From: Octopus vulgaris
Lineage: Eukaryota
DNA length: 64,000 bases
Direction: 5' to 3'
Assembly (NCBI GenBank): GCA_951406725.2
Contig: OX597823.1
Location: forward strand, 82,708,001-82,772,000
Positions 39,756 through 53,944 of this stretch are shown here, piece after piece. The number at the start of each line of letters is the position of its first letter. Position 1 is the stretch's first letter. The notes beneath the pieces are model-generated. The model ran no database searches, was not told the DNA's origin, and saw only the letters and a list, made by a program, of their open reading frames with translations. The position numbers were made by a program, and so were the translations under genes.

Positions 39756-40649
39756 CAAATATGATTACCATACGATATTTTTCCATAATGATGACATAGA
39801 TGGTAACGAGCTGAGCAGAAAAAAAAAAGTTCAAATCTTACCAGTCAGCATTGGTATCGCATTTCATCCCACCATTAATTTGTAGGAAATGTTTTATATA
39901 TTCAGTTCAACCGCCTACAGTTACTCTATATTTTATTCTTTTATTTGTTTCAGTCACTTGACTGCGGTCAAGCTGGAGCACATCTTTTATTTGTACTTGT
40001 ATGTAGATACAATTAATATAATGCAATAACAGAAGTTTATACAGGAACAAGAAGTAACCAACCAATCGGAGTACACAACAAGCCAAGTAATGGAGTGAAC
40101 AGAAACGATAAAATCAGAGACAAGACTTTCTGCTCAGTGGATAGTATTATCATATTACTCACGCCTTACTGGCTGAGAATATATGCATCTGTGATCATGC
40201 ACAGTAGTAGTGGGGAAGCATTATATCCATGTGTGGAGAGAGATTGTTTGGGGTTTGAATAAATGTAACAAAAGGAAAGTTGTAAACAAATAGGAAATAA
40301 CAGATACTACCCAAGGACAAAAATCGTTTTACACGGTGTAATAAAAATAATATAGTTTACATAAAACATTTGATATTGATAATGTATCAAGCTGTGACAG
40401 TCCAGTGATAATATTTGCTGTACAATCTGGAAGCATACTTTTTTACAATGCTTCATTTGATGAACGAGTCGTTGAAGCCATTTATATATGAATTCATATA
40501 AATTTAATTTTTGAACACACATGCCAAACGTTATATTAATGAATTAAATCCATCGCATCTCCACATGTATATATATATATATATATATCACGTGATCACG
40601 TGACCGACCAGACCATCAGATGTTGCTACATATCGCTAGTCACAATGCG

Positions 40650-41966
40650 TTCCAACAAAATTGACGAACTTCTTCACCATTCCCGGGACAACTCAGAAAA
40701 CGACCATCAACAACTTTCGGATAAGATTGATGTAAACCTAAATGAAATCAACACTACACTGAAAACTCTACTTACCAATTTAACGCCGAAGAAACCTCAG
40801 ATACCACTCAACACACAGAAGGAACACACTTCAACCGCAGCACAACACATTAAAAACCAGATCATCACTATCTGGACTAAGAAACTACACAACAGAAAAC
40901 TTCTCTTCTGGAACATGCTCAAAAACCAAAACAAAGCTGAAATTTACGACAAATGGTTAAACTCTTCCTCTATCATACTACCCCGAAAATTCCAAATCAA
41001 ACACATCCCAGACGAGCCTGAAAAACAACGCTCCCTAAGAGAAAAACTAACATTGGAAAAAATGAAAACTGAAGTAGAACTTCTAAAACTCAGAGCACAA
41101 AACCACGAACAAAAATACGCAAAAATAGATGATGAGATGCTTCTAGAACTAACCTCACACACCAATAAACAGCCCCTCGAACTTGTTATTAAACTATGGA
41201 AAGATGAATGTGAAAAGGAAGAACGAACCTCCCTTAAACGCTGGGAAAACAACAAAGAGTTCTTCCTCAATTATGAAACACAATTCATATTAAACCATAA
41301 ATCCAAAAACCCATTCATAAAAGTACCCACAACACAGACTTCCACTGTCCCCCATAAACACCACCCCAAACCACACCTCAAATACACATACTCTCCAAAC
41401 CCCCTCCTAACAGGACACAACCTCCCCCAACCACACAAAAAGCCTCCCCCCGAAACATCTCAAACAAGACCCACCACAAAACCTGGATTTCTAGTCACTC
41501 TAACACCCCTCCCCCACCGATAAGAACCATCAAGAACCTCCCATACACTAGGAATTATCCCCCCTCAATGCTCCCCTCCCTCACACTAATAACAAACAAG
41601 GAATCCTACCCACACCGATACATATAATACCCACCCCTTATAGTCCACCCATCCAACAACCTACCACATTTCCGACAGATCTCCAAACCCTCACATCCCA
41701 CACGAACCCAATCACCACAACTACATACCCCACTACTTCCCCCATACAATCTACCATACACACACCCACAAACCCACCACATTTCTCACAAAACACTACA
41801 CCATCGCATCCCATACCAACATAAGTACTACAACTACCTACCCCCTTCCAACCTCCCCATCCAAAAACACCCCTACACATACAACCAGAACTCTAATAAA
41901 CAATACACCCCTTACCTCAACAACCATTTTTTAGACAGAGGGGAAAAATACAAACACCACCGCTAA
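40650..41966 (+). pseudogene. PLE upstream ORF (helical domain plus Pro/Thr-rich tail), degraded
   Basis: Open 40600-41523 (first codons derive from an abutting SINE tail); the low-complexity tail has stops and a frame change and ends ...NNHFLDRGEKYKHHR*. Confidence 0.55.
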
Positions 41967-44189
41967 CACAGACCCAAAATAAGAAAACAAAAATTATAAA
42001 CCTCTCCAGCAAAACACTGACACCTACCCAAATCAACATCCTAGCAAGAGGTTTGAAATTCACACCCACCCCAAGAACACTCAACGTCAAGGATGACGTT
42101 TCTGAATTCTGCAGAAAACTTCGTTTAACAGAAGCTTTGACAGATCTCAACAATGGGGACGATTCATTGATCAGAAATAAAAGCAACTTCCTACCTCCAA
42201 AAGGGAGAAATAAAACACTGGACGATTTTTGCAAACACATCCAGAGTCTCCCCTTTACCCCAGGCAAAACCAAGGTAAAATCCAATTTCAGTAAGGAAGA
42301 ATGGAAAAACCTACGTGACATACAACTGGATAAAAACCTTACCATCAAAGAAGCCGACAAAGGGAGCGCTGTGGTCCTTATGGACACGGAGTTTTATAAA
42401 CACCTAGTACTTTCCATGCTAAACAATAACTTTTTCTATGAGGTTATTAACAACTATAAACAACAAAAAACAATCAGAAACCTCACCACACTCATACTCC
42501 AACACGGTCAGGGACTCACAGAAAAAGAAAGGGATTATATCACCAATTTCAAATGCAAGCCCAGCCTTTTTTATGGCCTTCCTAAAATCCATAAAAACAA
42601 ATACATCACCGAAGCCTGCAAACTCTCCTCTGACATCCACATCAACATCAAAGCACCGGAGGACCTAAAACTAAGGTCCATCGTGGCTGGCACCTCCTGT
42701 GAAACACACCGCCTGAGTAATTTCCTAGACATCCTTTTGAAACCTTTCCTTACCCACATCAAAAGTTTCATTAGGGATGATCTGGACATGCTCAAACACC
42801 TCCCGAAAACAGTTAACGAGGAGGCACTCCTGGTATCCTTTGATGTCATCAACCTCTACACCAACATCCCACATGAATATGGTATTGAGGCAATTGATTT
42901 CTGGCTAGAAAAATACCCAGAGTCATTCCCTGATCGCATTCACAAGACCTTTATTACAGAATCACTCAAGTTCATTCAAACAAACAATTTTTTCCTCTTC
43001 GACAACACACACTACCGTCAAAAATGTGGTATTGCGATGGGTACCAAGGCTGCACCAGTTCTTGCGAACCTCATAATGGGTTTCTTCGAACTATCACTCT
43101 ATGAAATATCACGCCAGAAATTTGGACATGTTTTCCACACCTACCTAATGGAAAACTGGAAAAGGTATTTGGATGATTGTTTCATCATATGGAAAGAACC
43201 TTATGAAAAACTTCTGGAGTTCAAAACCATACTGAACAACATACATCCCAACATCCAATTCACTATGGAATTAAGCAAACATCATCTCCCTTTCCTTGAT
43301 CTCCTAATTATAAAAACACCTAAGAACCAAATCATAACAGACATCTACCACAAACCTACAGACTCACAACAATACCTCCTCTTTAGTTCACCCAAAACAC
43401 ACCAATACAAATATCCCTTTCAACTTAGCTAAAAAGGTATGCACCATTGTCTCGGATCCAAAAACACGAGAAATACGCCTTCAAGACCTCAAAAAAAAAA
43501 AACACTATTACAACGCCAATATCCCTCCACCCTTATAGAGTATGGAATAAAACGCGCCAAAGAACTAGAAAACATTACACTGAAAACTACCCAACCTAAC
43601 ACCAAACACAACCCCAAAATAATTTCCATACATTTCCACTCACAACCCCAAAAATATCGAAGCATACACCACAATCATACAAAACCTCAGTCTACTGTCA
43701 ACAGACCCAAAAATGAAAAACATTATAAATACACACAAAATCCTCAAATGTAAAAGGCAACACAAATCTTTAAAAAAACTCTTGACAAATGCCAAACTTC
43801 ACACACCACATCCACCCCCAGCAGTTAAAAAATGTGCACGCCCAAACTGTGGCACCTGCCCCTTCCTACTTGAAGGCTCTGAATTTATCTTCAAACAAGG
43901 AACGAAGTTTAAAATCAAGACTAACTTCTCCTGTTCCTCTGAGAACCTTATCTACGCTCTCACATGCGCTGGTTGCCGACATAATTATGTTGGACAAACG
44001 AGTCTCCCGTTACGTAAACGAGTAGCGGTGCATAAAGAACAAATAAATCTCCCGGAATACCGACAAATTCCACTGAGTGACCACATAGACTCATGCGCTA
44101 AAGACATAAATCCCAAATTCTACATATTCTGCTTCTACCAATGTAAAGACGGGATCACCACACAAGAGAGAATTAACAACGCAACTTAA
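41927..44189 (+). pseudogene. PLE reverse transcriptase plus GIY-YIG endonuclease, frameshifted
   Basis: IINLS, GLKFTPTP, KEADKGSAVV, FYGLPKIHK, SFDVINLYTNIP, GIAMGT, RYLDD, LPFLDL, YHKPT, CARPNCGTC, NLIYALTC...YVGQT. Confidence 0.92.
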
Positions 44190-44883
44190 TATGCAAACTC
44201 CTCGTTGATCATACTTCCTTTTTCTACCTCATCCTTCATGGATGGACTTACACAAATATATAAGGATACCATGCATTCATCACTTCAAGCTAAAACTTAT
44301 ATTCTTTAAATATCATTATTATTATTGTTGTTATTATTACTATCATTTTTATTATATATGACATGACAATCTGAAATGTAATTATAAATTGGTTTATGCA
44401 AATTTATATAATTAGAAAATAATATAAATAAAGTGTTAAAATCTGAATGTTAAGTTAGCAAACAATTATATAAAAAAGATAATGCAAATGAAGCTAAAAT
44501 GATAATTTTATAATTTAAGGTTTATTAACACCCTTTATCACAAAAAATTGATAAACACAAATTGAAGAGCTCAAAACCCATAGAGTTGTCTCCCCTTATT
44601 CACAACACAGGAACTGAAGAACTATAATTACTACTACTTCCTGTTTTGCCAACACCCTTAATTAAACTAAACAACACATAGCTTTAATCCCATTGGATCC
44701 TAATACTTCAAGGTAATTTTTTCGTGAACAATCATTAAACTCAAGATACACAAAGACTTCACAATGTATCGGAGTACTAATTTTTTTTATTTTTTGTACA
44801 TATTTATCATTATTTTTTTGCAAAAAACAATGCAATTTTCTTTTTTCCCCTTTCTCACTTTTAAAAAAAATTTTTACTTTACT

Positions 44884-44923
44884 ATTCTTGAAAAGTCACA
44901 TTATGACGAAAACCGGTTTGAAT
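44884..44923 (+). ncRNA. PLE 3-prime hammerhead with U3:A8 core
   Basis: ATTC-TTGAAAA-GTCA-CATTA-TGAC-GAAA-ACCGGTTT-GAAT; all three stems present, stem III within the palindrome AAACCGGTTT. Confidence 0.7.
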
Positions 44924-45080
44924 TAATATATATTTATATATTTTATCAATTTTTCAAAAACTTTTTCCATACACCCATTTACATTAAAATTTTCTTTCAA
45001 TTTAGCATTCTGCATTTTTACAATTTTTCCTTGCTTATCATTTCTCCGCATGCGGTCAACACAACCCTACCATTTATTGA

Positions 45081-45131
<51 letters not shown>

Positions 45132-45163
45132 TTTTTTGAAAAGCAGCAAAAATATATCACAAA

Positions 45164-45205
45164 AACTGTTACACGCAGTATCATGTTCCCGTTCGCCAGA
45201 CAGTT
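45164..45205 (-). ncRNA. Degenerate hammerhead
   Basis: Minus strand AACTGT-CTGgCGA-ACGGGAACAT-GAtA-CTGCGTGTA-ACAGTT; 6-bp stem I, two core substitutions. Confidence 0.45.
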
Positions 45206-45302
45206 TCCACCTTGCTTTTTAATAAAGCTTATTACTCTACCTCTGGTATTCGAGTATTATTTCTTCCAACTTGTTTCGCATTTATGTGCTTATTCTGGTG
45301 TG

Positions 45303-45395
<93 letters not shown>

Positions 45396-47150
45396 ATAAT
45401 ATATATATGTATGTATATGCATTTTTGTTCCATGCTTTAGCATTTATGACGGTATGTAATCCACTATAATATGAGATCGATTTTGTCTAAGCTGGTTTAA
45501 CAAACAGCTAGAATAAATTATGCGTCTAGATTTTTGATGAATTGATTAATTTATTAATTAGCTTAGCGTGCGAAGTGGTTACGTATTCCATAGACAGGTA
45601 TGTCTGATTCAGTTAGGATGAGTTATGGAACTAAATTTCAGTTACAGGTATATTTCTCGACCCTAATTTGCTCACGAGGTTTGAGTTTACCCTAGGCACT
45701 GACCCATGATTTTAGACCGTAAGATCGAGACCGCAACCACATGACTATGGAATGAACTTCTAATCTACTATATTATTCTGCATCCATACATGAATGCGAG
45801 AGCACATGCACGAATGATTGCGCGAGCACACCCACACACATATATGCATGAATGTATATATTCATGTATTTATGTATGTATGTATGTTTGTCTGTATAGT
45901 AGATTTCTCAATGTAATAATAAGATACGTTGAAGAAACGTCTTCACTACTTACAATGTAATTTTAGCGAGTTGTGGCTTTAGTTCGAAATTACTGTAAAT
46001 AGAGTAATCCTCGTCTTTAACCACGAAGTAGAAGTAAAATAAACGTGTTAAATCTTATTCTCGATTTAGACGATTCCACAAACATGATCAATAACGTCTT
46101 CACTTTAATTAGGCTACACTTCATAGGCAGGCATAAATTACAACCCTTTCAACGTGCATAATGTTAAAGTGAATAACTCTTGCCAAAACAACATTGCCTC
46201 CAAAATTGCGCACTGCAACATATAATATATACGCATGTCTCGAACAATTATATAGAATATAGAGCCAATAAATTGAACGAAAGCTTCGCTTAGCATATGA
46301 AGTCCTTCGTGTTCAACTCTACGTCCGGATGGGTTTAATCTGCAGGATTTGAAACCAGGGAAATATTGTATTCAGAATAAACTGGAATATTGTTGGAAAG
46401 GCACGTTTTATTATACACAATCTGAAAGGTGCATACAACTTTCACACTTGCTTCTGAAAAGTACCGTTCATATTGCAACAGTTCATTGTTTCTTCTCACA
46501 AAAAAATAATTGATTTGCTAGAAAGCTACCACTAACGGTGTTCTGTGGTATTTAGTTTCATGCTATTAAGTGTTAATATCCATTTCATAAATTTGACTTC
46601 ACTTATTGCAACAGCCTGCTATACCACCTAATACGGATACACTTTATTGCAAAGACAGTTCTTTCTTTTGGATAATTTTAAACCATTAGCTGTTAATACT
46701 GCGCATAATTTTATTAGTATTTTGAAGCTAACTGAAGTTGGAAATGTAAGGGAGACGACCTTGATCTATCGTGCTAGATTTACCTTACATTCAGTAGCAG
46801 TTGTCAGGTTGAGATAGCTGTTCATCACCTGATCCAAACAGACAGAAGAGAAAACATCTTATTCATTGGTGCAATGAGAATTAGCTTTATTTAAAAGCTC
46901 TCTCCTTGCTTCTTCACCACCACTTTTTTTATTTTAGTATTGTTTGTGAAAGTTCAAGTAACCCATCTCAGTTTAAACTATTAATATAAATATTTATGTG
47001 TATGTTTAGGGGTGTATGTATGTCTATACAACCAGACATTGTATTTCTGTGTCTGTGAAAGTTCGAGTGACGCGCATCTTAGTTTAACTGTTAATACAAA
47101 CATTTGTGTGTATGCATGTATGCATGCGTATGCTTGCGTCTAAATGTGTG

Positions 47151-47182
<32 letters not shown>

Positions 47183-47603
47183 CGTGCGTGTGTATTTGCG
47201 CTTGTGTAACAATTGTGCTGAGTACCTGATGAGACGCGGAGATGATGATTTCGACTATGTTATGCTTTTTAAAAGTTTGTACAGCTCAAATAATATATAT
47301 ATATATTGAACACAAATTTTATTCTCCGCTAAAATAAATATAATAAACGCGGAGTTCTGCTGTAGAAAACGATTATTGTATAGAATATCAATGGAATTGC
47401 ATCACGTTGACATTCAACATCAAAACAAATTCTACAATAGCAACAAATATATAGCCATAACAATTAAATAATAGTAATAATAACAACAACAACAACAATA
47501 ACAACATAAAAACAATTGCTAACAGAAAAATAAACAATGTTATTATTTTTTTTTATTCTTAAACAAGTTTGTCTCATTCCATTAGGCGTCAGTAAGAACA
47601 AAT

Positions 47604-47605
47604 GC

Positions 47606-47658
<53 letters not shown>

Positions 47659-47692
47659 TAATAATAGTAATAATAATAATGATAATGATAAA

Positions 47693-47753
<61 letters not shown>

Positions 47754-47791
47754 TAATAATGATAACAATAATAATAATAACAACAACAACA
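47604..47791. repeat. Long (AAT)n/(AAC)n microsatellite
   Basis: Direct read. Confidence 0.9.
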
Positions 47792-48491
47792 AAATCAATC
47801 AACGGACTACAGAATTTGTTTAAAATTGAACATAAACGCACGCCTTTAAATGTCAGTTGCCATTCAATTTCCTGCCATTGGTTCATGGGAGATGGAATGG
47901 TTAAAGAATAACGGTAGCTCTTTGAATTTTGAAATAATCCAGTTTGACAGTCTTTTCAGGTTTGTTTTTTTGTCGTTGTTGTTGTTATTTTTGTTTTATT
48001 TGGTTGTAATCCCGGAGAAGTCACAGCGTTAATTCCGTTATAGTAAGAGAAACCATTCAAATATTTCTGAGTACTAATAATTTTAAAATATAGTGAAAAC
48101 AAAAAATAGTGTTGACTATGATGAGAATAAATATTACTCTTAAATATTGCAAAATGTATTGTTTAAAAAAAATCGATCATTTAACACGAGACTTTGTTTT
48201 ATCTTCGCTTTTATTTCACGTATGTTTTTTTTAATAGTATTTATTCTCATTCGTCATAGACGAATTATTAAAATACTTTTACTATTTTTACTTTTCGTAC
48301 ATTTTTGTACTCTAGTTTTTTCTACATTTCAAAATAGAAAAATATTTTGCAATTTTTATTATTTTTTTTTATCATGGTATATTTTAGTTCAATGTTTATT
48401 TCCCTATTAGTTTAAAAGAAAAAATGTGAATGAAATTAGAATACACGAGCAGAAAAAGGTGAAATATTGCTTACGTCATAATCTATAAAAA

Positions 48492-48551
<60 letters not shown>

Positions 48552-48657
48552 GTGTGTGTGTGTGTGTGTAAGTATAGTTCATAGATGAGATTCGAATTTT
48601 CTCTGTACGAAATACACTTAGTAGTACTCGAGATATCTAAACTTCAACGGGTATACA

Positions 48658-49184
48658 AGTTAATGTAGGGACAGCAAGTTAGACAGATCAATAAACTATG
48701 TTAAATACAAGAAATACAAAAAAGTGTATGTATGCATACATATAAAATGGTCCGACTTACACAAAATAGAAATGAAATAGAGAATTAAAGGGAACGGGGA
48801 ACAGTGTTATAGATCCAACAGCTGTTTTCAGAAGTTTACAGATTGATTCCATTAGAGGACGAGGCGAGCCACCGTCTTCAGGGAAGAAATCTTCATTTGA
48901 GGCGTTAAAGAAAAGAAGTTTAAACTTCAAATGTAAGATTACTTCCCTGAAGACGGAAGCACGTCTCATTCTCTGATGGAGTCAATCTACAAACATTATG
49001 AATTGCCGATCCCCCACAAACAGCTGTTAGATTTGTAATGTTGTTTCTCAACTTAAATACTCTATGTCATTTCTATTCTGTGTAAGTCGGACCATTTTGA
49101 TATGTATACTTATATACATGTTTTGTATTCCATGTGTTTAACATACTCTATATATTGTTCTAACTTGCTTTCCCTACATTTACT
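48658..49184. mobile_element. About 525-bp fold-back of two head-to-head copies of a hammerhead-bearing element
   Basis: AAAATGGTCCGACTTACACA / TGTGTAAGTCGGACCATTTT and CCGTCTTCAGGGAAG / CTTCCCTGAAGACGG; HHR remnants at 48814-48884 (-) and 48944-49031 (+). Confidence 0.75.
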
Positions 49185-49285
49185 TCTTTCTCTCTCTCTC
49201 TCTTTCTATATATGTGTGTGTATATACATATATATACATATATAACTATGTATATATGTATATACATATATGTGTTCGGCTGATC

Positions 49286-49324
49286 TGCATTGATAAAGGG
49301 AAATACCCTGAAACTAATTATATA
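49286..49324 (+). ncRNA. Candidate hammerhead with U3:A8 core
   Basis: TTGATAA-AGGG-AAATA-CCCT-GAAA-CTAATTA; stem II perfect, stems I and III imperfect. Confidence 0.4.
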
Positions 49325-49437
49325 TGATTTATAAAAACGTTTGACATATTAATAAAAATCTGTAAATATAAAACCATCCAGATTTTTGAGTACCTTATTT
49401 CTTCTAATACATATATAAGTATACATATGTATATATA

Positions 49438-49488
<51 letters not shown>

Positions 49489-49539
49489 GTATACATATAT
49501 ATATGTATATATATTTATACATATATATATATATATTTT

Positions 49540-49617
<78 letters not shown>

Positions 49618-49618
<1 letters not shown>

Positions 49619-49882
49619 GAGGCGCAATGGCCCAGTGGTTAGGGCAGCGGAGTCGCGGTCGTAGGATCGCGGTTTCGAGTGAGTGTTTATTGAGAGAAAA
49701 CACCTAAAGCTCCACGAGGCTCTGGCAGGGGATGGTGGCGATCCCTGCTGTACTCTTTCGCTACAAGTTTCTCTCACTCAGCGAGGTGGCGTCATTTGAA
49801 GGCTAAAACAATGCGAAGCGCATTGTGACCAGCGATGTGTAGCAACATCTGATAGCCTGGTCGATCACGGTGATCACGGTGA
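49618..49882 (+). mobile_element. tRNA-derived SINE with GATCACGGT tail
   Basis: GGCGCAATGGCCCAGTGGTTAGG head; fuller copy at 60048-60356 (-); tail-only copy at 40588-40651 (-). Confidence 0.8.
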
Positions 49883-51649
49883 TATATGTATAAATACGTC
49901 TGTGTGTGTTTGTGTGTGTGAGTGTATAAAACAGTCAGAAAAGATTTGAATAAGCATAGAGTTTATAGTAAAGGAAGATATATTACACTAAAAAACACTA
50001 TTAAAGTTGAATTGGTTAAATGATAGATTTAATGATGAATAACAGATTATGTTTATTGTGATAAATAAAAGAGGTTAATTTGCTGTTGTTTAGCACTGTG
50101 TCTGCAATAGTTGTCTCTATGCACAACTCTATTCCATGTTGTCCGTTTTTAAGGTGGTGATACCTGCGGTATGTAGCAAGTAAGGCGACTAGCCAGGAAA
50201 GAGGCCTATTTGGAGATAGAAATAATAAGCTCAGAGACCAGATAGATATAAAACCATTAATAGATAGATAGATAGATAGATACATACATACATACATACA
50301 TACATACATACATACATAAATGCAAACATATATACAGGAATACACACTAACGTTGGAGCTTTCTATCTTCGTTAGATATCATTTCTTTTCTCACAAATAT
50401 TTCAAATAATTAAAAATTGGAAGAGATCATACGTAGAAATAAATACAAATATACGTACGGCTGTAAATAGATTGGTTGGTTGGTTTTAAATATTCTCATT
50501 AAATACTAATTTACAATGTTATACAGGTGAAAGGTAAAAAACGAATTTTAAAATGGCGCCTCATACTTTCAAAAGCTCGATTATATTTTAGAAATATCTT
50601 CTCACTAAATGAAAAACAAAAATACACAGTAGCGCCGAGTTTTGTAGAGTAAATGTAATTATACGGAGATCAAACGCGTTAGAACTCCAACCTGGTTAAT
50701 AACAAAGTGTTATAGTTAAAAGAAACAAATGAATTTATTTTGATATTTTTTTTTACATTTATTGCCTTCCGTCCACTGCTAAAAAGGTGGTTCGTTTATA
50801 GCAATATTTTATTTTTTCTATATGAACAATTCCGAGAATTAATTATTGGAAAACTGTTAACCACTTCACATGTTTTAGAACTTTAAGTTGTTTGAATACT
50901 TTGGTTTCTATAGAGAACTTAAACTGATTTACATACAGAAACTAGTGACCTGTTTCCAGCCCCAGTCTTGAAGATTAAATCGGCAAGAGTTCTATGTATG
51001 ATATTCAAAGAAAACAAAATCGATACCATATTGACATCATTCACAGAGGATTTTGTTCAAGATCAATCTAAATGTTCTTCTTGAGAAAAGTCCTCTTCAA
51101 ACTCTTATCATACAATTTCTCAAACGAATCACAAACATAACGACGGCGAGATGGCGAGCCGTTTTAGATTATCACAGAAATAAGTTTGAAGAACAAAAGA
51201 ACAAGTATTATATCGACATGTGTTTCATGATAAAGGTTACAAACGGTCTAGAAAAGCTATGAACGTAGTAAACGAACAAGGATTTTTTTTTCAACTGCAT
51301 ATCATAAGATGTTCATCCAAGTAGAATTATCTAAATTACTTATGTAAATTCTAATTTTAATAAGTTATCTATCGTATTAAATCGATTTCACCCAAAACAC
51401 ATTTTAATACTTTATATTCTATATTTGTCGCTGAGTAGTAATATATTCAAAGTTATTTTATGACATGACAAAAACCACGAATTTTCAAATTTGGGTATCA
51501 TGTTATGTAAAAACAAAAAAAGATTGCATAAAAGAAAATCTGAAGTCATCAGTACCTACATAAGAAGAAATGACGACGGCAAGTATTGTTAATGTTGTAC
51601 TTGATGTCGTGTAGAATGATAACCACAGTGAAACATGAAGACTTATAGA

Positions 51650-51862
51650 TTTCAAATTTTGGCACAAGGTCAGCAATTTTAAGTGAAGGTATAAGTCGAT
51701 TAAATCGACCTCAGTGTTCAACTGGTACTTATTTTATCAACCCAGAAAGGATGAAAGGCAAAGTCGATCTCAGCAGAATTTGAACACAGAACATAAAGGC
51801 GAACGAAATGCTGCTAAGCATTTTGCCCGACGTGCTAACGATTCTGCCAGTTCATCGCCTTA
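51650..51862 (-). mobile_element. Nin/Deu SINE
   Basis: CTGGTACTTATTTTATC..CCC.GAAAGGATGAAAGGCAAAGTCGA, the reverse complement of the family core. Confidence 0.8.
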
Positions 51863-51880
51863 TGAAAACTTATTATTAAA

Positions 51881-51998
51881 CTAGCAGAGATACCCGGCGT
51901 TTCCCGGTTACATTTAATTGAAGAATTAGACTTTTCTGTTATATCTTCTGTAATGAACTGGAATATCTGTTACGAATATCATCAAAATTGCAGATGAG
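51881..51998 (-). mobile_element. Helitron 3-prime end running towards the assembly gap
   Basis: CTAGCAG...CCCGGCGTTTCCCGG, like the ends at 26116 and 26491. Confidence 0.55.
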
Positions 51999-52098
51999 NN
52001 NNNNNNNNNNNNNNNNNNNNNNNNNNNNNNNNNNNNNNNNNNNNNNNNNNNNNNNNNNNNNNNNNNNNNNNNNNNNNNNNNNNNNNNNNNNNNNNNNN
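51999..52098. other. Assembly gap (100 N)
   Basis: Run of N. Confidence 1.
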
Positions 52099-52875
52099 TA
52101 CCATTCTATCCGCGAAATGCAAAGGAGTTAAGCTCTTCAAAAAAGTTAATGGTCTTTGTATATTTTTTGCTATTCTCGGTCTGAGTAAGTATTTTGGAGA
52201 AATATATACTATTTTTTCTGATGTAAGCATACCAATTCTCTGCAATCATCTCGCTGTTAGATCGTTACTTTTGTATATAGCTTTATCTATGGTTAAATAT
52301 AATTGAAATCTTTATTTCTTCTTGTGATATCCATTTTGATTTTATTTGTTCGTTATTTGAGACCAGATAGGCTGCCTAAAATAAACAGACAACTTTCAAA
52401 TATATACGATCGAGCTAGTTGCATGGACGGATGTTTGTTTCCACATTTGAGTTGCATAGCAATTCACGTTTTAGTAACATGGCTGGTTTCTGATAAAATA
52501 ACGTCATCTGAACAAACATTGGAAGACATTAAGTTTCTATAGAAACATCATCCAAACACAACACAAACAATAATACTTTGAGCTACACCAGAATAATAGA
52601 TATTGAAGTAAACTTAACCACATCGGAAGTGTTGACTCATTTCAGTATTAACACATATTGGAAAAATGGCGAACATACAGAAGAGGATTTTTCAGACTTT
52701 GTCAAAATATAGCTGAAATGCAAGTCTCTTCTCTCTCTCTTCCTCACTCTTGCGCGTGCTCTCTTTCCCCCCTCTCTCTGTATATATATATATATATTTC
52801 AATATGTGACCGCTTGTGTATCGTTTGCGATTTTCTTTCTCCGTCTTCCCTTCCTTGGACCTTTCCTTTTCCTAA

Positions 52876-52910
52876 GTTTCTGACGAAGAGCTCCGCTCGA
52901 AACGTTAAAT
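52876..52910 (+). ncRNA. Minimal hammerhead ribozyme (family A)
   Basis: GTTT-CTGACGA-A-GAGC-TCC-GCTC-GAAA-CGTT-AAAT; core identical to 600-629. Confidence 0.72.
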
Positions 52911-53004
52911 CCTCCTTCTTTCTTTCCTTTCCTGCGCGTCCAATAATACTTGTTCCATGTCTTCCCGTTGTTGTGTTTTCTCTTTGTTCATGTTTGGATT
53001 AACT

Positions 53005-53101
<97 letters not shown>

Positions 53102-53457
53102 TGTATACACTCGCGCGCACACACACACATCTCTAGACATAAATATATGGAAATCAACGCGCGATAGATTATGAACATTTCCTATATCCAGTGAGTCCGT
53201 GCAAAGGTCCTGAGAGTCCAAGTGTGTACATGTGTGTGGGCGAGTAGATGGGGGTGGCTAGTCAATTTCGTCGAACCTAAAACTCAACTGGTATTTATTT
53301 CATCGATTAAAAAAAGTGAAAGGCAAAGCCGACCTTGGTGAAATTTGAACTCAGAAGGTAACGCAGAAAGAAATGCCGCTAAGCATTTTGTTCGCTGGAC
53401 TAACGGTTTGCTATTTCACCTTCATATATATATATATATGCGCGCGCGCGTGTTTAT

Positions 53458-53660
53458 ATGAGGGGGCGCTCAAAAGTTCCTGGCTTTAAGAGTATCACAA
53501 AAGCCCTGGTTAGAGTCCCAAACTTCCGAGTTCTTTCACAGGGTTTAGAAAACCTGAGGGACAGTCGCTGTAAGTGTGTGGATCTGAGAGGGAAATGTGT
53601 TGAATAAAATCACCATTAACTGATCCTCCTGTAATTTCTTTTACCCGAAGCCAGGAACTA
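53458..53660. mobile_element. Small mariner-type MITE
   Basis: GAGGGGGCGCTCAAAAGTTCCTGGCTT start and AAGCCAGGAACT inverted end, in TA context. Confidence 0.55.
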
Positions 53661-53721
53661 TATATGTATGTACGCATGTATGCATGTATGTAGGTATATA
53701 TACGTATGTATATATATGTGT

Positions 53722-53778
<57 letters not shown>

Positions 53779-53944
53779 ATTGTTAAAGAGGACAACAAAC
53801 GTTAAGGCAAGACAAACATCTCAAGTCGTATACAATATTATTATTGGAAAAAATAACATTGGAGCCCTAATAATCCGTTACAGTGCTTATCTAGCGTACC
53901 TAATCGTTCCGGTCACCTGTGAACTAAACCCTCATAAATTGCAT

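Larger units (their letters stand above)
40650..45085 (+). mobile_element. Near full-length Penelope-like retroelement (Neptune-like Cys linker)
   Basis: N-terminal ORF, RT, GIY-YIG endonuclease, 3-prime UTR with hammerhead, ending in (TA)n. Confidence 0.9.

Noticed and set aside
50900-51300. Coding-like AT-rich stretch
   Set aside because: Broken frames and no motif I can support.
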